A stretch of DNA of 56,110 bases from Octopus bimaculoides (GCF_001194135.2 NC_068982.1:143229343-143285452); one strand, 5' to 3'; shown: positions 36,091 through 49,961, counted from the first letter of the stretch. Made by a program: numbers and translations. Notes: generated from the sequence alone by a model not told the origin.

Positions 36091-37486
36091 GTGTTTTTGA
36101 GATCTCTCCTGTAAACTGTTTCGCTTCTACTACATCACTTTTACATTTTAAGATGATGCAATGCAACCAAATGTCGAAAAACAGATATATCGCCTCGGAA
36201 CTTTGAATTCTTTGAAATTAAATTCTACAAAATTTAGTATAGTCTAATGGAGATGCTGTCTGTGAAACATTCACCAAACTCTAAGTAAGTTATATTTTTC
36301 AGATACAAGATGACACCTGATTAAGTTGTTAAATTCTTCACATACGCCATAACGTTACTAATAGACACCAATTAACTGGTGGTTTTCGAAATTGAAATAT
36401 CGCGTAGTCTACCCAAGATAATCTTAAGGCTACCGTATAGCATTTACGAAGTAGTAGATGTAGCACTAACAACAATAACGATAGCAACAACAGTATTATA
36501 TTACTATTATTATTATTATTTGCAGTAGTAGTGGCAGTGGTGGCGGTGGTAGTCGCAGCAACATGACCCATACTTTAGCATAATAATTTAACAGAACTAG
36601 ATATGAAAGTATGTTTCTATTTTTACATAGTACCTATGTATGTATACAATCTTCTACGTATGTATGTATGTTAGTTTGTATGCATATATGCAGCTATGCA
36701 TGTATTCGTGTATTTACGAATGCGTATTATTTTGCCAAATGTTTCGAATTTTACGCTACAATACTACATTAAAACAGTTTAATGTAGGATTATAGAAATT
36801 TCGATTAAACGAATATGCACATTGCATTTAATATATAGGTCTCTGTGTGAGTGTAAGTCTATATCTATGTCATTGTTCAGTTTTATTTCAAGAATTTTTT
36901 GTCAATAGAGAAAGAGACCGTTTCTAACCTATATCCAAGGCTACTTCATTGGAATTTCGGCATCAACAACAGGGTATATTTGTTTCTACGTATGTATGTA
37001 TATGCGCAAATTTGTATGTATTCTCATGCATGTGGTTGCATATCTAGACATGCTCATATATATTTAAATGCTAAACTTCTGGGAAGTTTTACATATTTTT
37101 ACAGTTTCAGTGATGGATTGGATCTGTACTCTTCGAATTAGTTTTCTCTTTTCTGATTTTGAGAAGCCTAATTTCTCAAGATTGGTATTTAAGCAGTGAG
37201 TTTCGTATTCCGGGACTCAAATAATTACAGATATATACCTGAATTTGTAATCTGAATAGAGTAACTGTAGATTTCTCAATAGTTCTCTGTAGGTGTTCTC
37301 TGGGGAGCAGTCTTGAAAAATGGATTCCAGGACTGATGGCTTTTTTCTTTTGTAAATGTGGTGCTTATTCTATCCCCTATATTTACCGAAGTACTGAAAT
37401 TACGGGTTCGTAAAAAACCAACACTCTGAATGTCAAGCTGTGGTGGCGGGGTCAGATAGAGAGACAAAGACACACACACACACATA

Positions 37487-37586
<100 letters not shown>

Positions 37587-38101
37587 CACCTTCCACCTGG
37601 TTTCCTCCAACCGAATTCATTCACACATAGTTGATCGGACTTGGGCTATAGTAGAAGATAGTAGCCCACAGTCCCGTACAATGGCACAAAACCCGATGAT
37701 GATTATGCATGTGTATAGTCAGACGGAAGTTGAAACCCCATTCTCAAATTCATACAACTAATGCAAAGACATAAGCTCGTTTCGTAGAGAGTTGCTTCTA
37801 CACAAGGATTATGATAAGAGTTTTAAACTGTCAGCGAAAAACTTAGCTACTTACGCAGCAGTTTAGAGAGTAGCTAATTACATTGATCGCCCGACATTTA
37901 AACTCATCGTTGAAACCGCCAGAGATCCATACACTCTAATATATATCACGTTACATTCAAAAAGCATGCACGTTCATATGTATGTATGTTTATATGTATG
38001 TATGTTGCATGTATGTATATATATATATGTGTTTGTGTAGGTGTGTATGTGCTTATGTGTATATGTATGAATATATGTATGAGTATCTATATACACCCTA
38101 T

Positions 38102-38146
<45 letters not shown>

Positions 38147-38258
38147 GACACAGAAAATATATATATATGTGCATGTAGGTGCTTCGATGCAATATGTATG
38201 TGTGTGTGTGTATATATGTGCGCGTGTTTGTATTATTGGGTGTGTGCGTATATATATA

Positions 38259-38300
<42 letters not shown>

Positions 38301-41300
38301 CACTAAACTTTAAGCGTGGCATCATACAACATTAAAACTAAATAATAACAATTCACATTTGTGTTTAGGACTATAATGGCTACTTTTAAAGTGATTTACG
38401 AAGTCTTCGACACTCACTTATTTATGACTGGTGAGGTGGTTATATAACTTGGGTGATTGGACAGACAGAAATCGATTTAAATAATGCCACTTTTGCAAAC
38501 GTTAATTTGTGGGTATGATGAAAATTACCTATTAAAGGATGTTCCTTGCTTTGGTATAATTGTTTCAGAAAGAAAGTGTGCAAAATGTCCTTCAGTTTAC
38601 GAACAACACTTGACTGAAGAGAACAATGGAAAGGGTGATAACTCCAAGTTAGATCTGACGTATATAGGATATATATGATTAAAATGCGTTGATTCACCAT
38701 TCCGTGGGGATATCAGAGAAATTCGTTTGTTTCTCCTCCCATTTATTTTAATATTTTCCCATACTATTTGAAAGCTCTATTCTTCCTCTATAACTTTTGC
38801 TCATCACTTTTTAATGGGATAACTTTTAACTCTTTTCCGACATATGACGATGGAGTGTCAAGGAGGAGAAAAAGAAACGCAGCAAAACGAATTTATTTGA
38901 TTGCAAAATACAACTGAAACTGAAAATGTGATTGAAACAGAAGTATTTGTATTTGATAGAATAGTTTCCCAGTTTAGGTCAGCCTAAAGAACTAACCAAT
39001 ATATTCTGATTTCTCTAAGATAAAGGATTATGTGAGACCACAGTTATTAAGAGGCTACATTATTATCAAGTTGTAAATAAATATTATAACGTAGATGTTT
39101 CTTTAAACCTTCTATGCTCCAGTTGAATTTTCTTTCCATTAATTTACATATCCCTATTCTTGAGACGTAGAGCAATACTGAAAAAGAAAATATTATATTT
39201 ACTCAACCTATCCTTTTGAATTTTGTTCGAAAATTCTATATTGTAATCGGTGTTCATTAAATAAGTTTAATTTGTATTAATAAAGATACATTAGAGCCTA
39301 AACAATTATTGCTACGCTGTTAAGTGATAATCTGTGATACTTTCTATAAGCTTTAATATAAGTTCATCTTATGCGTCTCACCAAATCAGGTAACAGATAT
39401 CAACCAGCTACGTATTTCCTTTCATATTATCTAGTCAACGAAAATGCACCTAACACTCAAATATCTAAATTATACTCATGTGTTATCTCCTTTGATGGCA
39501 AACTGAGGAAATACATTGCTAAAGAGATATCAATCTCCAAGCCATACCCATCCAGAGCTGGAGATAGGTAAATAGCAGAAGTTCTAGATTCAATTGTCTT
39601 CATTCTAAATTTAGACGTGTAGTGTTGAATTAACTCGACCAGGCCCATTCAAAATCGACAAAAGAAAACCAGCAGTTTACTGAGGCTGAAGCAACAACAA
39701 CGAATTTCTCGACAAATGCGATGTCCGGGGTTTAAATAGATACCCTTGATTCCTTAGATTTATTGCAACCGTTTAGCAGTTGTTGTTGTTGTTGGTGGTG
39801 GTGGTGGTATTTGTGTCTAGGTCTGTGTCATTTCTGAAAGTGTTATTATTTGTGAAAGGATGTCTTCTACGTTTATTAATCCTATCAATTTCGGTTTGAT
39901 TGATTTTATCATACTGCGTTACTTACAATTTTGCAGATATTTCGAGAATAAATACACACACTCACTCACACACACACACACACACACTCGCATACACACA
40001 TATACTGAGAATGAAAATGTATAGAAGCATATATTTCTATATTTCTGCATATATATATATATATGTATATATATATAGATATACAAACGATTGTGTTGTG
40101 TTTGAGAAATTCGTTCTTAAATTTCCCATTCAACCTAGAATAGAAATTCTTAAGCTAAAAATTAATTCTTAATTTGATGCAACATTTCTAATAATATTTC
40201 TATGATTCCCTAAAACCCCCATCAAAACCATAAAAATATAAACCCATAAAAATTCATAAATGGATATTACGGTTTTAATAAACATTATTGACCGTATGCA
40301 ATGATCTGCTTATTTTCCATTAATATAATTTGATAAAATATCTGAAACAAGTGCAGAACAAAAATCAGTTGAAATATATCATGCAGGCAAATGGATACAT
40401 TCTTATATTTATTAAGCAACTAACGAAACCCAATGCCAAATTTTCAATTAACCAGCTTAGTGTTCCCTGTAGCTTGCAAACAGCGTCTTATTCCCTGATA
40501 CTTTAGAATGCATTAAGCTGTTCATCATTATTATTGAGGCATGGTACTAATAATATAGTATTTGATATCCCGTTGTGGTTTATGATGCATTACATTTATC
40601 GAAAGTTATGACACGGAATCCTACTCAATCTGATCATTAAAGCTGAGATCAATTTTCACATTTCCATCAAGCAGTGTCATTTGCCAGTAATAAGAAAATA
40701 GGAAATTCATTCAAAAAACCGATTTCCTTTCGTCAGTACATGTAAAACGAACATTTCGCTATTTTTTGTTTGACAGGGGAAATAATAAGGCTTATAGGCT
40801 GGGGGTCACGTAATATTTTGTATATTTAGTTTTATCACAGCTAATTTTCACCTCTGTATATATAGAATAAAAACGAATGACAAATAAAGTGGTTCCGAGT
40901 TCGGAATATATCATATTTAGATAGATATTGTTTTCAAGTGGAATTATTATTTGGTATTTTTTATTTTTACTTTCGTGATAGATGTCAGAAAAGGTAAGTA
41001 AAGGTTAGACTTGTCATTTATTAGGAGCAAAAAAAGAAAAAAGAAAGAAAATACACAGAGAAAAATATGTGTTTAGTAGCAGGAATGAAGAAAAAAAAAT
41101 TAATAATAAGAAAACCGCTAAGAAATACAATCCCTTATTACATTGAAACAAAAAGTTGCTCACAACACTGTTTCCTATAATTTAACAGTTAGTTTGAGAG
41201 AAAAAACAAAAAAAACAAAAAAAAAAAAAATAGAAAGAAAGCAAAGAGGAAAACAAAAGCTCGTACGTGTTTTTAACTTTCATTTGTCGATGTATAAATA

Positions 41301-41934
41301 CCTTGGCTAAAAATTCAATGATAGTATACTTAATATTATTTAAAACTTACAAAAATTCGTCAATTGAATTTGCATAAATCTCATTTGTAAACTGCTATTG
41401 ATTGATAATTGAATATAAAAACCGAAAACACTGTTTAAATTCCTTGGGTTAGAGAAGTTTAATTAGAAAATTGATTAGAAATTACACCACATATATTTGC
41501 ATACTAACCTCTGATTATTTAAAACTTCGTTCGTTCGTTTCCTTTCTCACCGAACATCATTTACAAGTGGAGAAAAAAATAAACACTTACTACAAACTTC
41601 TATAAAAATATATATTCCCAAAAAATTTCAGTGCAAGAATTTTGTTTTATGGAATTCTTATATTTACTGGTTGATTAGCACAACTGTCAACTACCTGTCG
41701 TGGAAAGGTAGTTTTTTTTAGAATTTCTAGATTTAATTAACAGAAACTTCTTAACAATTAAGATATTTGCTCTCCAATCAAGTCACTACTGGACCAATTT
41801 TAACTGAAGTTTACTGTCATAGGTGCAAGTGTGGCTGTGTGGTTAGAAGTTTTCTTTCCAACCATTTGGTTGGATGACAAACAGTGACACGTTTTCATAG
41901 TCTAATACAAAAAGCCCTTTGTCAATAGTAAGTC

Positions 41935-42279
41935 TTTTATCTTTTATCTTTTTGCTTGTTTCACTCATGAGACTACGGCCATGCATGGGCACCGCCTTGA
42001 AGGATTTTAGTCGATCGAATAGCCCCAAGTAATTATGTTCTTACTTTAAGGTGGAGAACAAACAGCGATACAAAAACAAACATACACAATTATATATACA
42101 TACATACATATGTACAGACTTCTTTCAGTTTCCATCCAAGAAATTCATACTGAAGGCTTTGGTGGTCGGCCCGGGGCTATAGCAAAAGACACATACCCAA
42201 CATGCCACGCAGTGGAACTGGTGCTGAAACCATGCGGCTGGGAAGTTAAATTCTTACCACACAGTCCCATCTGCGCCTA
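41935..42279 (-). mobile_element. SINE family B, diverged. Other degenerate B pieces at ~34198-34330 (+), ~37430-37700 (-), ~41820-41870 (+), ~50510-50760 (-).
   Basis: actacggccatgcatgggcaccgcc, cttctttcagtttcc and catgccacgcagtggaact...ttaccacacag. Confidence 0.7.
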
Positions 42280-42290
42280 TTATCTAGGAC

Positions 42291-42934
42291 ACAAGCGTCA
42301 AACTCAAGGCCTGCCATCCACATCCGGTCCAATAGATGATTATATCCAGCCCTCGAGAGAATTTTAGGCAAATATTTTTTAATGGCCTGGCGATATGAAG
42401 TGTAAACCACAAATTCCCCAATTTTGCCGCCTTGTCGAACGAATGGCTGCTTGAGAGCATTCCCACGTCAATTAGAACAAATTAAAATGATAGTTGTGTT
42501 GTGCGTGGATGTTCGTCATTGCAGTAACCTAGCAACGTCCTGTAACTCGTTTTGGATTGTCGCATAAGAGATGAAAGTAGTGTAGTTCCCGGATATTGCA
42601 TCACTCCTTCTCACTTGTGCCATACCAATCAAACGTCTATCGGCAGATGCAAAGTCTTAATTTTAAATCAAAGCTAGCTGTTAAAATGGCCAGGAGAAAA
42701 ACTGATTCTGAAAACAGAGTTTTTCAAAGCTACTGGGAGGCTCAATATATGTTTATCGATATTGCCGGTAAACCTGTGTTTCTAATTTGAGGAGATAATG
42801 TGACTGTGGTCAAGGACTATAATCTAAGGCGGCACTACCAGACTAATCATCAAGACAAATCGGAAAACTTGAATGCAGAACGAAAGCTACAGAAGGTAGA
42901 AGAATTGAAGACGAATCTAACATCACAGCAGACA
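42291..42934 (+). pseudogene. hAT (Buster/SPIN/GTF2IRD2-like) DNA transposon 5' end with transposase N-terminus (ATG 42686)
   Basis: TIR-like caagcgtcaaactcaaggcc. 42686-42934 read in one frame as MARRKTDSENRVFQSYWEAQYMFIDIAGKPVFLI*GDNVTVVKDYNLRRHYQTNHQDKSENLNAERKLQKVEELKTNLTSQQT, the family pattern KPVCLIC...KEYNLRRHY with both zinc-finger Cys lost. Confidence 0.85.
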
Positions 42935-42939
42935 ATACA

Positions 42940-43056
42940 TTTCTATATTCAAGAGATAAGGAATTATGTACATTATTTACATTTGACGGATATTTGTCCT
43001 CATTTTGTTTGTTGTTAACACAACGTTTCGGCTGATATACCCTCCAGCCTCTCAGT
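42940..43056 (-). mobile_element. Penelope-type terminal-repeat relic with degenerate hammerhead motif, truncating the hAT copy
   Basis: Minus ctgagaggctggagggtatatcagccgaaacgttg reads as CUGA(-)GA, stem ggctg/cagcc, GAAAC, GUU. Confidence 0.55.
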
Positions 43057-44001
43057 TTATTGACAGCAAAGAAAAAGACTCCCGTTTCGCGGGAAGTGTT
43101 CTGATCTCGGTCACTTATACGACATGGGAAGTGGATAAGCGACCTTGTAGAGTCTTAAGAAAGATCAAAGTTCAGGGCTCGCGACGGTAATGTCCATGTC
43201 GAGTCGTAGTGCTCGACTTAATAATTTCCAAGGACTTATAATGGTAACGATGATGATATGATTTACAGGCTATCACATACATAACATCCTTAACCTACCT
43301 ATGGTACTTATTTATATGTAGTTGAAGAGATCCGAAAAGCTTCTTTTTTCTAGTGACACTATGTAATATGTGTGGTAGAATAGGAGGTGTCAACCGACTG
43401 CGGCAGCCATATCTAGAAGTAGGAACTGAATTAAATCACAGCTGTTTTGAAAGCAATTGGTTCCTCCTTGTTGAAACATCCAACGATGGAACAACCAATC
43501 TATGATTTCCGAAAACAGTGAATGATGCAACAATAAATTTCCAAATGTAAATATTAATTTTGTTTTTATATTGTCAAAGCCAGAGATTTGTAAGGATGTC
43601 ATAAAATCGATCGAACAAACGCAAGGTCATGGTTTGCATCAATTTTATCGGAGAAAGGTGAAAAGGAATCTAGACTCCCACCATTCCAGAAAGATTTGAA
43701 CTAAGAATTTAAATGACTGAAAATAAATATTAATTTGTACCACATGTAATAGGCCACAGATTTCGAGGGCGAAAGGGCGTTTAGATTGATCCTAGCATTC
43801 AGTTGGCTCTTGATTGTTCGACCCAAGAAAAATGAATACAAAGTCCACACAACCAAATTTGAACAGAAAACGTAAAACGACACACAAAACCTTGTGTCTA
43901 TAACTAAACTAGCTTTTCAAAAGCAAATAATATCGAACACTTGTATTTATTATTTATTTCCTTTTTAGCCAATCGCGTCAAAAGTCTGACTACAGCTTTG
44001 C

Positions 44002-44051
<50 letters not shown>

Positions 44052-44668
44052 GTTATTGTTCTTTTTATTTTGGTTACTGCAAAACTTCGATGAAGAAATA
44101 AATTTATTTCCAAATTCTTTGCTTTTACACCCCCATCTACAACATCTATTCTTTCTATTAAGTTTGTTTTTATTTCTTCTCGGAACAGAAGCTGTTTCAG
44201 CCACCTTCTTGGCACTAGATAATTTGACATGCAGTGAAAAGTGAGCGAACCATTTACAATTCGTATCTAGAATTACTTGATTGCCTCCTTGTGAATTCAC
44301 TTCTGCTTACTTAACTAACATTTATCACATGATTATTCTTAAAAAAGATCATTTCTTATGTCTAACTAAGATTTATCTCGAAAGCTGTTCTTAAGACTAT
44401 TTAAATTAAATTTGAAGTAGCATTGTTAAAATATCTCTTTCACATGCATAGCGTCTCTATCTCTCAAACAATACATAAACAGAGACAGACATATGCCCCG
44501 TAATACAAACATATGCATGTATATATATATATATTTATGTAAATATACATTTACACGTATATATGTATACTCATACATTCATACAAGTGACTACACACTC
44601 ACAGAAACACACACATTTGCATATATGTATGTATCTATGCATGTATACATGCGTACATATATGTGTGC

Positions 44669-44722
<54 letters not shown>

Positions 44723-44795
44723 TTAGATATCTTTATAATGTGTTATGAATACATGTATATATATATATATGTATATTATATACAGACATACATGC

Positions 44796-44832
<37 letters not shown>

Positions 44833-45418
44833 ACAGAATCAAGCAAATGGTAGCGAAAGGCCAAGAGGAGATTTTATCGAAAATCTCATAAGACCAAGCT
44901 TCGGTAACACTGTCTTATTTTTATAGGAGTTGACTGTATATAGGTTGAAGTAATGCTAAAGTCCAAGGTAGGTTTTGCAGTAAGGTAATAAACTTGGTGT
45001 GAAATAAGCATCAAATTGTTAAGAAACTCGGAAAATATTTCAGTTCCATTATTCTACACTGCAACAGTTATTGAAACGTTATAAAGCCGGAGAATTTTCT
45101 ACATTAAAACAATAAAGAACGAGGAGAAAGGTCGTGGAAAGCTTGTACGATGCTAAGGCTATGAAGAGATGATGGCTTACACGCAGAGAAACATAGAAAA
45201 CTGCTCAATAAAACGCGTTTCAGTGTAAATCGTTAGAATATAGGATTCTGTAAGAAAAGTGTGAAAAAACAAGCAACTAAGACATCAATAAACACATTTA
45301 TGTAAGTAGACACACACACATATATATATATGCACCTGAAGCATATATGTATGTAAATATGTATATACAAACGTGTTTGTATATAAAATTATCTCTATAA
45401 ACATATATATATTATTCA

Positions 45419-45450
<32 letters not shown>

Positions 45451-45509
45451 TGTTTGTCTATCTATGCATGCGTACAATTTTATAGCATCATATTATGACA
45501 TATATAATG

Positions 45510-45543
<34 letters not shown>

Positions 45544-46159
45544 GTTTTAAATCTTAACTATGGTTGAAAGTCTGAAATTTTAAACCGGTATTGGCAGTGG
45601 TTGGTGAATGAATTCTCGAGACAGCCGGGCCAAAGCTGAGAAAGAGACTCTACACATAAAATTGAACAGCATTTACACCAACACACAAGTTAACTCTTCA
45701 TTGATTTTCTTTAATGGCACCAGAAGTTTTAATACAATGCACATAGATTTGTTAGTAACCTACACGTTTTTAAGGTAGCATGCGATCGAATGCTTTATTA
45801 TTTATTTATAACTAGTTTATTGTGATTAATGTTGTTACTGCGGCTGAAATGATGGCAGCGCTGGATTCAGAGTCATATTTTGTTTTAACTATAATTCAAC
45901 AACACTCTTCGTTTGTCAGTTTATATATCCGTCAGCAGAACATGAACGTAATTTATTGAATGTTTGTAGGTTCTCATAAACGACATCCGGTATTTCGTAT
46001 GATAATTTTGCAGTCTGATTTCGAATCTCGCCGTGGTCAGTTTTGCCTGTCACACTTTTCTAGTTGATAAAATATCGTCAGTCAAATGTTGTAGTCGATG
46101 TTATCGAATAACTTGTCCTCCCCTCCTCTCCTCTCCTCTTCCTCAACTGTCCTCATATC

Positions 46160-46392
46160 TAAATTAGGAAAAGAAAAATTCTTTACTACTCTAGGTACAA
46201 GGCCCCAAATTTTTGGAGAGGGTGGGCAGTCGATTAGATCGACCTCAGTACACAACTGGTGCTTAATTTATCGACCCCAAGCGGATGAAAGGCAACGTCG
46301 ACATCAGCAGAATTTGAACTCAGAACGTAAAGACAAATGAAATACCGCTAAGCATTTCGCCCGGCGTGCTAACGTTTCTGCCAGCTCGCCGC
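46160..46392 (-). mobile_element. SINE family A, full length
   Basis: Well preserved: aatttgaactcagaacgtaaagacaaatgaaataccgctaagcatttcgcccggcgtgctaacgtttctgccagctcgccgc. Confidence 0.9.
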
Positions 46393-46420
46393 TTTATAGG
46401 AAGAGGAAAATTATTATTAC

Positions 46421-46790
46421 TAAGGCAAGAAACTGGCAGAATCGTTGCTAAGTTCAAATTATGTCGAGGTTGACTTTGATTGTCATCGGTTCGCGGTCGA
46501 TAAAATAAATACCAGTCATGTACTGGGGTCGATATATCCGACTAGTTCCCTCCCTAAGCATGTAAGGTTTTGTGCCTATGGTAGAAAGAATCATTATCAT
46601 TGTTAAGTCGACGAGCTGGCAGAATCGTTAACACGGCGGACAAATTTGCTTGGCTGTATTTGCGTTTTGAGTTCAAATTCCAATGAGATCGACTTTGCTT
46701 TCTTGATTGATAAAATAAGTTCAATTGAGCACTGGGGTCGTCTATGATATCAACCTTTCCTCCCCTTAAAGTTGCTGGCCATTTTCTTGT
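46421..46790 (+). mobile_element. Two tandem family A SINEs (46421-46598, 46606-46790). Further degenerate A copies at ~7800-7990, ~11030-11120, ~43740-43890, ~45940-46130.
   Basis: ctggcagaatcgtt heads and gtcgataaaataa(a/g)t.cca...actggggtcg bodies. Confidence 0.8.
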
Positions 46791-47190
46791 CTCCTTTTGT
46801 ATTCGCGTTGTACGAGCTTACAGCATTCACTAACAATATGGCTTATGCTTTCTCCCTTCTCAGAGAACATCCTACACTGTGGCGAGTCAGTGCTTTTATG
46901 AATGTAATATTTGGAGTAGTTTGTTTTGAAAGCTTGTTCTTGAGCGCTGCACACTAATGTCTCAGTGGGCTCTTTTAAGTCACCTTTCTGTAACCATTGC
47001 CAACTTCTATTCCAGTCAATCTCATCTTTATTCTTCAAGAACTGACTGTGCATTCGTTTTCTTGTCCTGCCAAATTTTCTTCATCTGCTCTCTCTGGTCT
47101 TTCTTAAATCGTGTTGGCTCTGCGGCTTCGTTCACTTTAAGGTTCCCTGCATTTTCACTGCAGATTGGGGTTTATGTTTTGTAATCCGCT
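46783..47190 (-). pseudogene. R4/Dong-clade fragment, post-RT region with CCHC zinc knuckle
   Basis: ORF 46766..47053 reads SWQWLQKGDLKEPTETLVCSAQEQAFKTNY...SPQCRMFSEKGESISHIVSECCKLVQREYKRRQEN, the C-x2-C..H..C..L...Y..RH pattern in degenerate form. Confidence 0.85.
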
Positions 47191-47209
47191 GTTTTTTATT
47201 CATAATAAC

Positions 47210-47640
47210 ATTACTCGGTGAGACAGGCTGACACTGAAGTAGCTTCGCTGATTGACAGGTGACGGTCTCGTTTAGAGAATGCGTGGGGTAAGACTACGTG
47301 CCCTCCATTGGTTAGTTAAAGTTTAGACAGTGTCACGTGGCAACTTGCTGGAGCTGCCTGCTGGAACCTGGCAGCGGGTATTTAAAGGGAAATTTGACAA
47401 GACAGTCAGTCGGCCGCTGACACTCGTTGACGCTGTATCGAAGAGGCCAGGGAACAGAAGAAAGAAGGAGAAAGAAGACATGCACTCAACACCAGAGCTG
47501 AAGACACCTCCGAAAGGTGGGGGCGCCACGTCAAAACGGTAGAGGAGTAGGGGCCGAAACCGGACGTGATTCTTCCTGATGATGTCGTCAGCTAACTTGA
47601 TCCTATAAAGGAGGTGTTGTGGTAGCAGACTACGAAACAT
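47210..47640 (+). mobile_element. Possible Penelope-like element 3' end / pseudo-LTR relic
   Basis: GC-richer block. ggtgagacaggc (GETG, GIY-YIG-like, frameshifted) and gagctgaagacacctcc...gggggcgccacgtc resemble PLE ctgaaga...gcgaaacgtc. Weak. Confidence 0.3.
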
Positions 47641-48649
47641 GGTTAAAATTCCTCCTTTATCTCTAAGCATTTTCCTTTCAGCCTTACTTTTCCCCAAGGC
47701 TGAGACTAGAGTTTGAGATGGTACACTAAATATTTTACCAGGCGTTATTGGAGGCAGAAGATAGAGCGATACAACATAACACTGGTAGCTTTGAAAATTT
47801 ACATTACTAGCGCATATAATGGCAAATTATTCCCTTTATATTTTGAGATAACTCAGATTTTTGACTATGAGCACAACGCTGTCCCGCTGATCGGCTGATT
47901 CTGTCCATTCAGCTATTCACGAAGTTTTACAAGTTCAGTGTCAACATATTCTATTAATATGCATAGTGAGATCTGTAGAAAGAGAAAGTGATATCTAACA
48001 AAACCAATACAAGTTCTAGGTTTAAATATCCATTTGAAACGAGATCCAATAATATTACCATGCTACATCTCTTGGGGAAATGCAATTCGCTATCACACTT
48101 TTACGTTTATCTTCAGCAACGTAGGGATTCCGTTTCCAATGAAAAGAAACTAATATACTTATCGGGAATTTTATCCAAATTTAAACAGGGGTTGAGTTGA
48201 TGAAAGATAGACCCTGTATTTCACCGATTTCACAATCGATAAAAGGTGTAACAGTGTTACATAATACGGAAATCGAATAGACTAAAACAGTGAAATTGAA
48301 TAGAAAATGGTACAGAAATGAGGATAGAAAATAAAGTATCTTTCAATGGCAACAGCAAAACTGTACAAAGGAAAATAAATGAAGACATATAAAAAGGATG
48401 GTTTTAAAACGCGAGAACTTGGCCTCGACGTAAATAATCCATTGTTACCGAAAGGTGTATATTTCTTTCTTTTTTTTTTTGAACCAAACAAATTGTTCGA
48501 ATATAACAAAAAAAATGATTTTGCAAAGAGGAGCGTAGAAATAGAAGGGAAACCTATGTAGTGCTAACAGCAAAAGAGAAGAACAATTTTTAGGAGAGAA
48601 GAAAGCACAGCAGAAAAATCCCCACCAGCGAAAATGGTAAAGAAAAAAT

Positions 48650-49070
48650 TATAGAAAGGGACAACAGATGAGCAATGGCGGAAAGAAATATTAAACCACG
48701 AAATAAGTTAACAACTTCAGGGTATGAATATTTGTTATACAACAGGAAACTTTACTGGCTGCAATATTTAACTGGTAGGCAAACAGTGACAGGGTTTGCA
48801 AAAAAGAAAGAAAAAAAAGATTCAATGATCTACTGAAAAAAATGAACGCAAACGTAAAAATAATACGTAAAATCTGAATAAAAAGTTGTAATAATTTATC
48901 TCAAATACTTTCGGAAAGAGACACCACAGAAGCTACCAAACTAACAACTACTTTTTTAGAGATTACAAAGCCTTGACAAAAATGTTATCGCATGTGATAA
49001 ATGCTTATATGAAATAAAAGTCAACACTCCTAACGGAACTGAAGAAATGCCGTTAAGGTTCATACGTGTA
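48650..49070 (+). pseudogene. Possible very degenerate non-LTR RT remnant
   Basis: A-rich plus strand with scattered motifs DYKALTKMLS and ELKKCR*GSY (cf. EEQKGCRxGS). Not continuous. Confidence 0.25.
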
Positions 49071-49311
49071 GATGTATTTGTAATTGTTGAACTACAAAGA
49101 AGTATCTGACAGTGATATTTTTTTAAAGATTACACGTATTTTGTTCTTACTGATCTAGCTTTAAAGATATGTGAGGAGGCATATCTAATATAGATAAATG
49201 AATAATATTTTGTCCAATTCATAATAAAGGAATTATAAAACTGAAACAAATTTTCAAAATATTTTTACAAAGCGATTCAACTACGTATTAAAACTAAGCA
49301 AAAACTAAACT

Positions 49312-49590
49312 GGCACAGTCCATTACGACGATGAGGGTTCCAGTTGATTCGATCAACGGAACAGCCTGCTCATGAAATTAATATGCAAGTGGCTGAGCAT
49401 TCCAGAGACACGCGTACCCTCAACGTAGGACTCAGGCAAGTTCAGCGTGAGTAGAGTGTGGACAAGGCTGGGCCTTTGAAAACACAGATTCAACTCATTT
49501 TTGCCAGTTGAGTAGACTGGAGTAAAGTGAAATAAAGAGTATTGCTCAAGGACACAACGCACCGCCGCGAATCGAACTCATGACTCAAGG
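49312..49590 (-). mobile_element. SINE subfamily C2 (CORE-like)
   Basis: The family C 3' tail followed by caactcatttttgccagttgagtagactggagtaaagtgaaataaagagtattgctcaaggacac, the reverse complement of the CORE-like block at ~16975-17035. Confidence 0.8.
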
Positions 49591-49714
49591 CATTAACATA
49601 TCTAATCAAAATACTGAAGAAGAATAGACACTGGTCAGACATATAGTTAGATGTTGACGAGGTGAGCAGTCATCCCCGAGGGGAGCTGTGAATAGAAACA
49701 GTTTCGTCTTGTTT

Positions 49715-49929
49715 AATATAATTATTGATTCGAAAGTTTGACACAAGGCTAACAATTCCAGGAGAGTAAATAAGGAAAGAATAATGGTCTCAACCCTAGG
49801 ATTCAACTGGTACTTAAATGATTCTACCTCGAAGGGTTGAAAGAGAAAGTCAGCCTCAACGGAAATGGAACTCAGAACGTAAAGCGGGACGAAATGCCGT
49901 AAAGTTCTGCCAGTTCGCCGCCATCTTGC

Positions 49930-49961
<32 letters not shown>

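Noticed and set aside
43965-44300. 111-aa minus ORF with Cys/basic stretch
   Set aside because: Ends in a poly-N (AAT)n tract, with no donor and no recognisable domain.
47540-47640. GAAAC...CTGATGA arrangement as an intact type II hammerhead
   Set aside because: The position after GU is G (not a cleavable NUH) and stems I/III cannot be formed.
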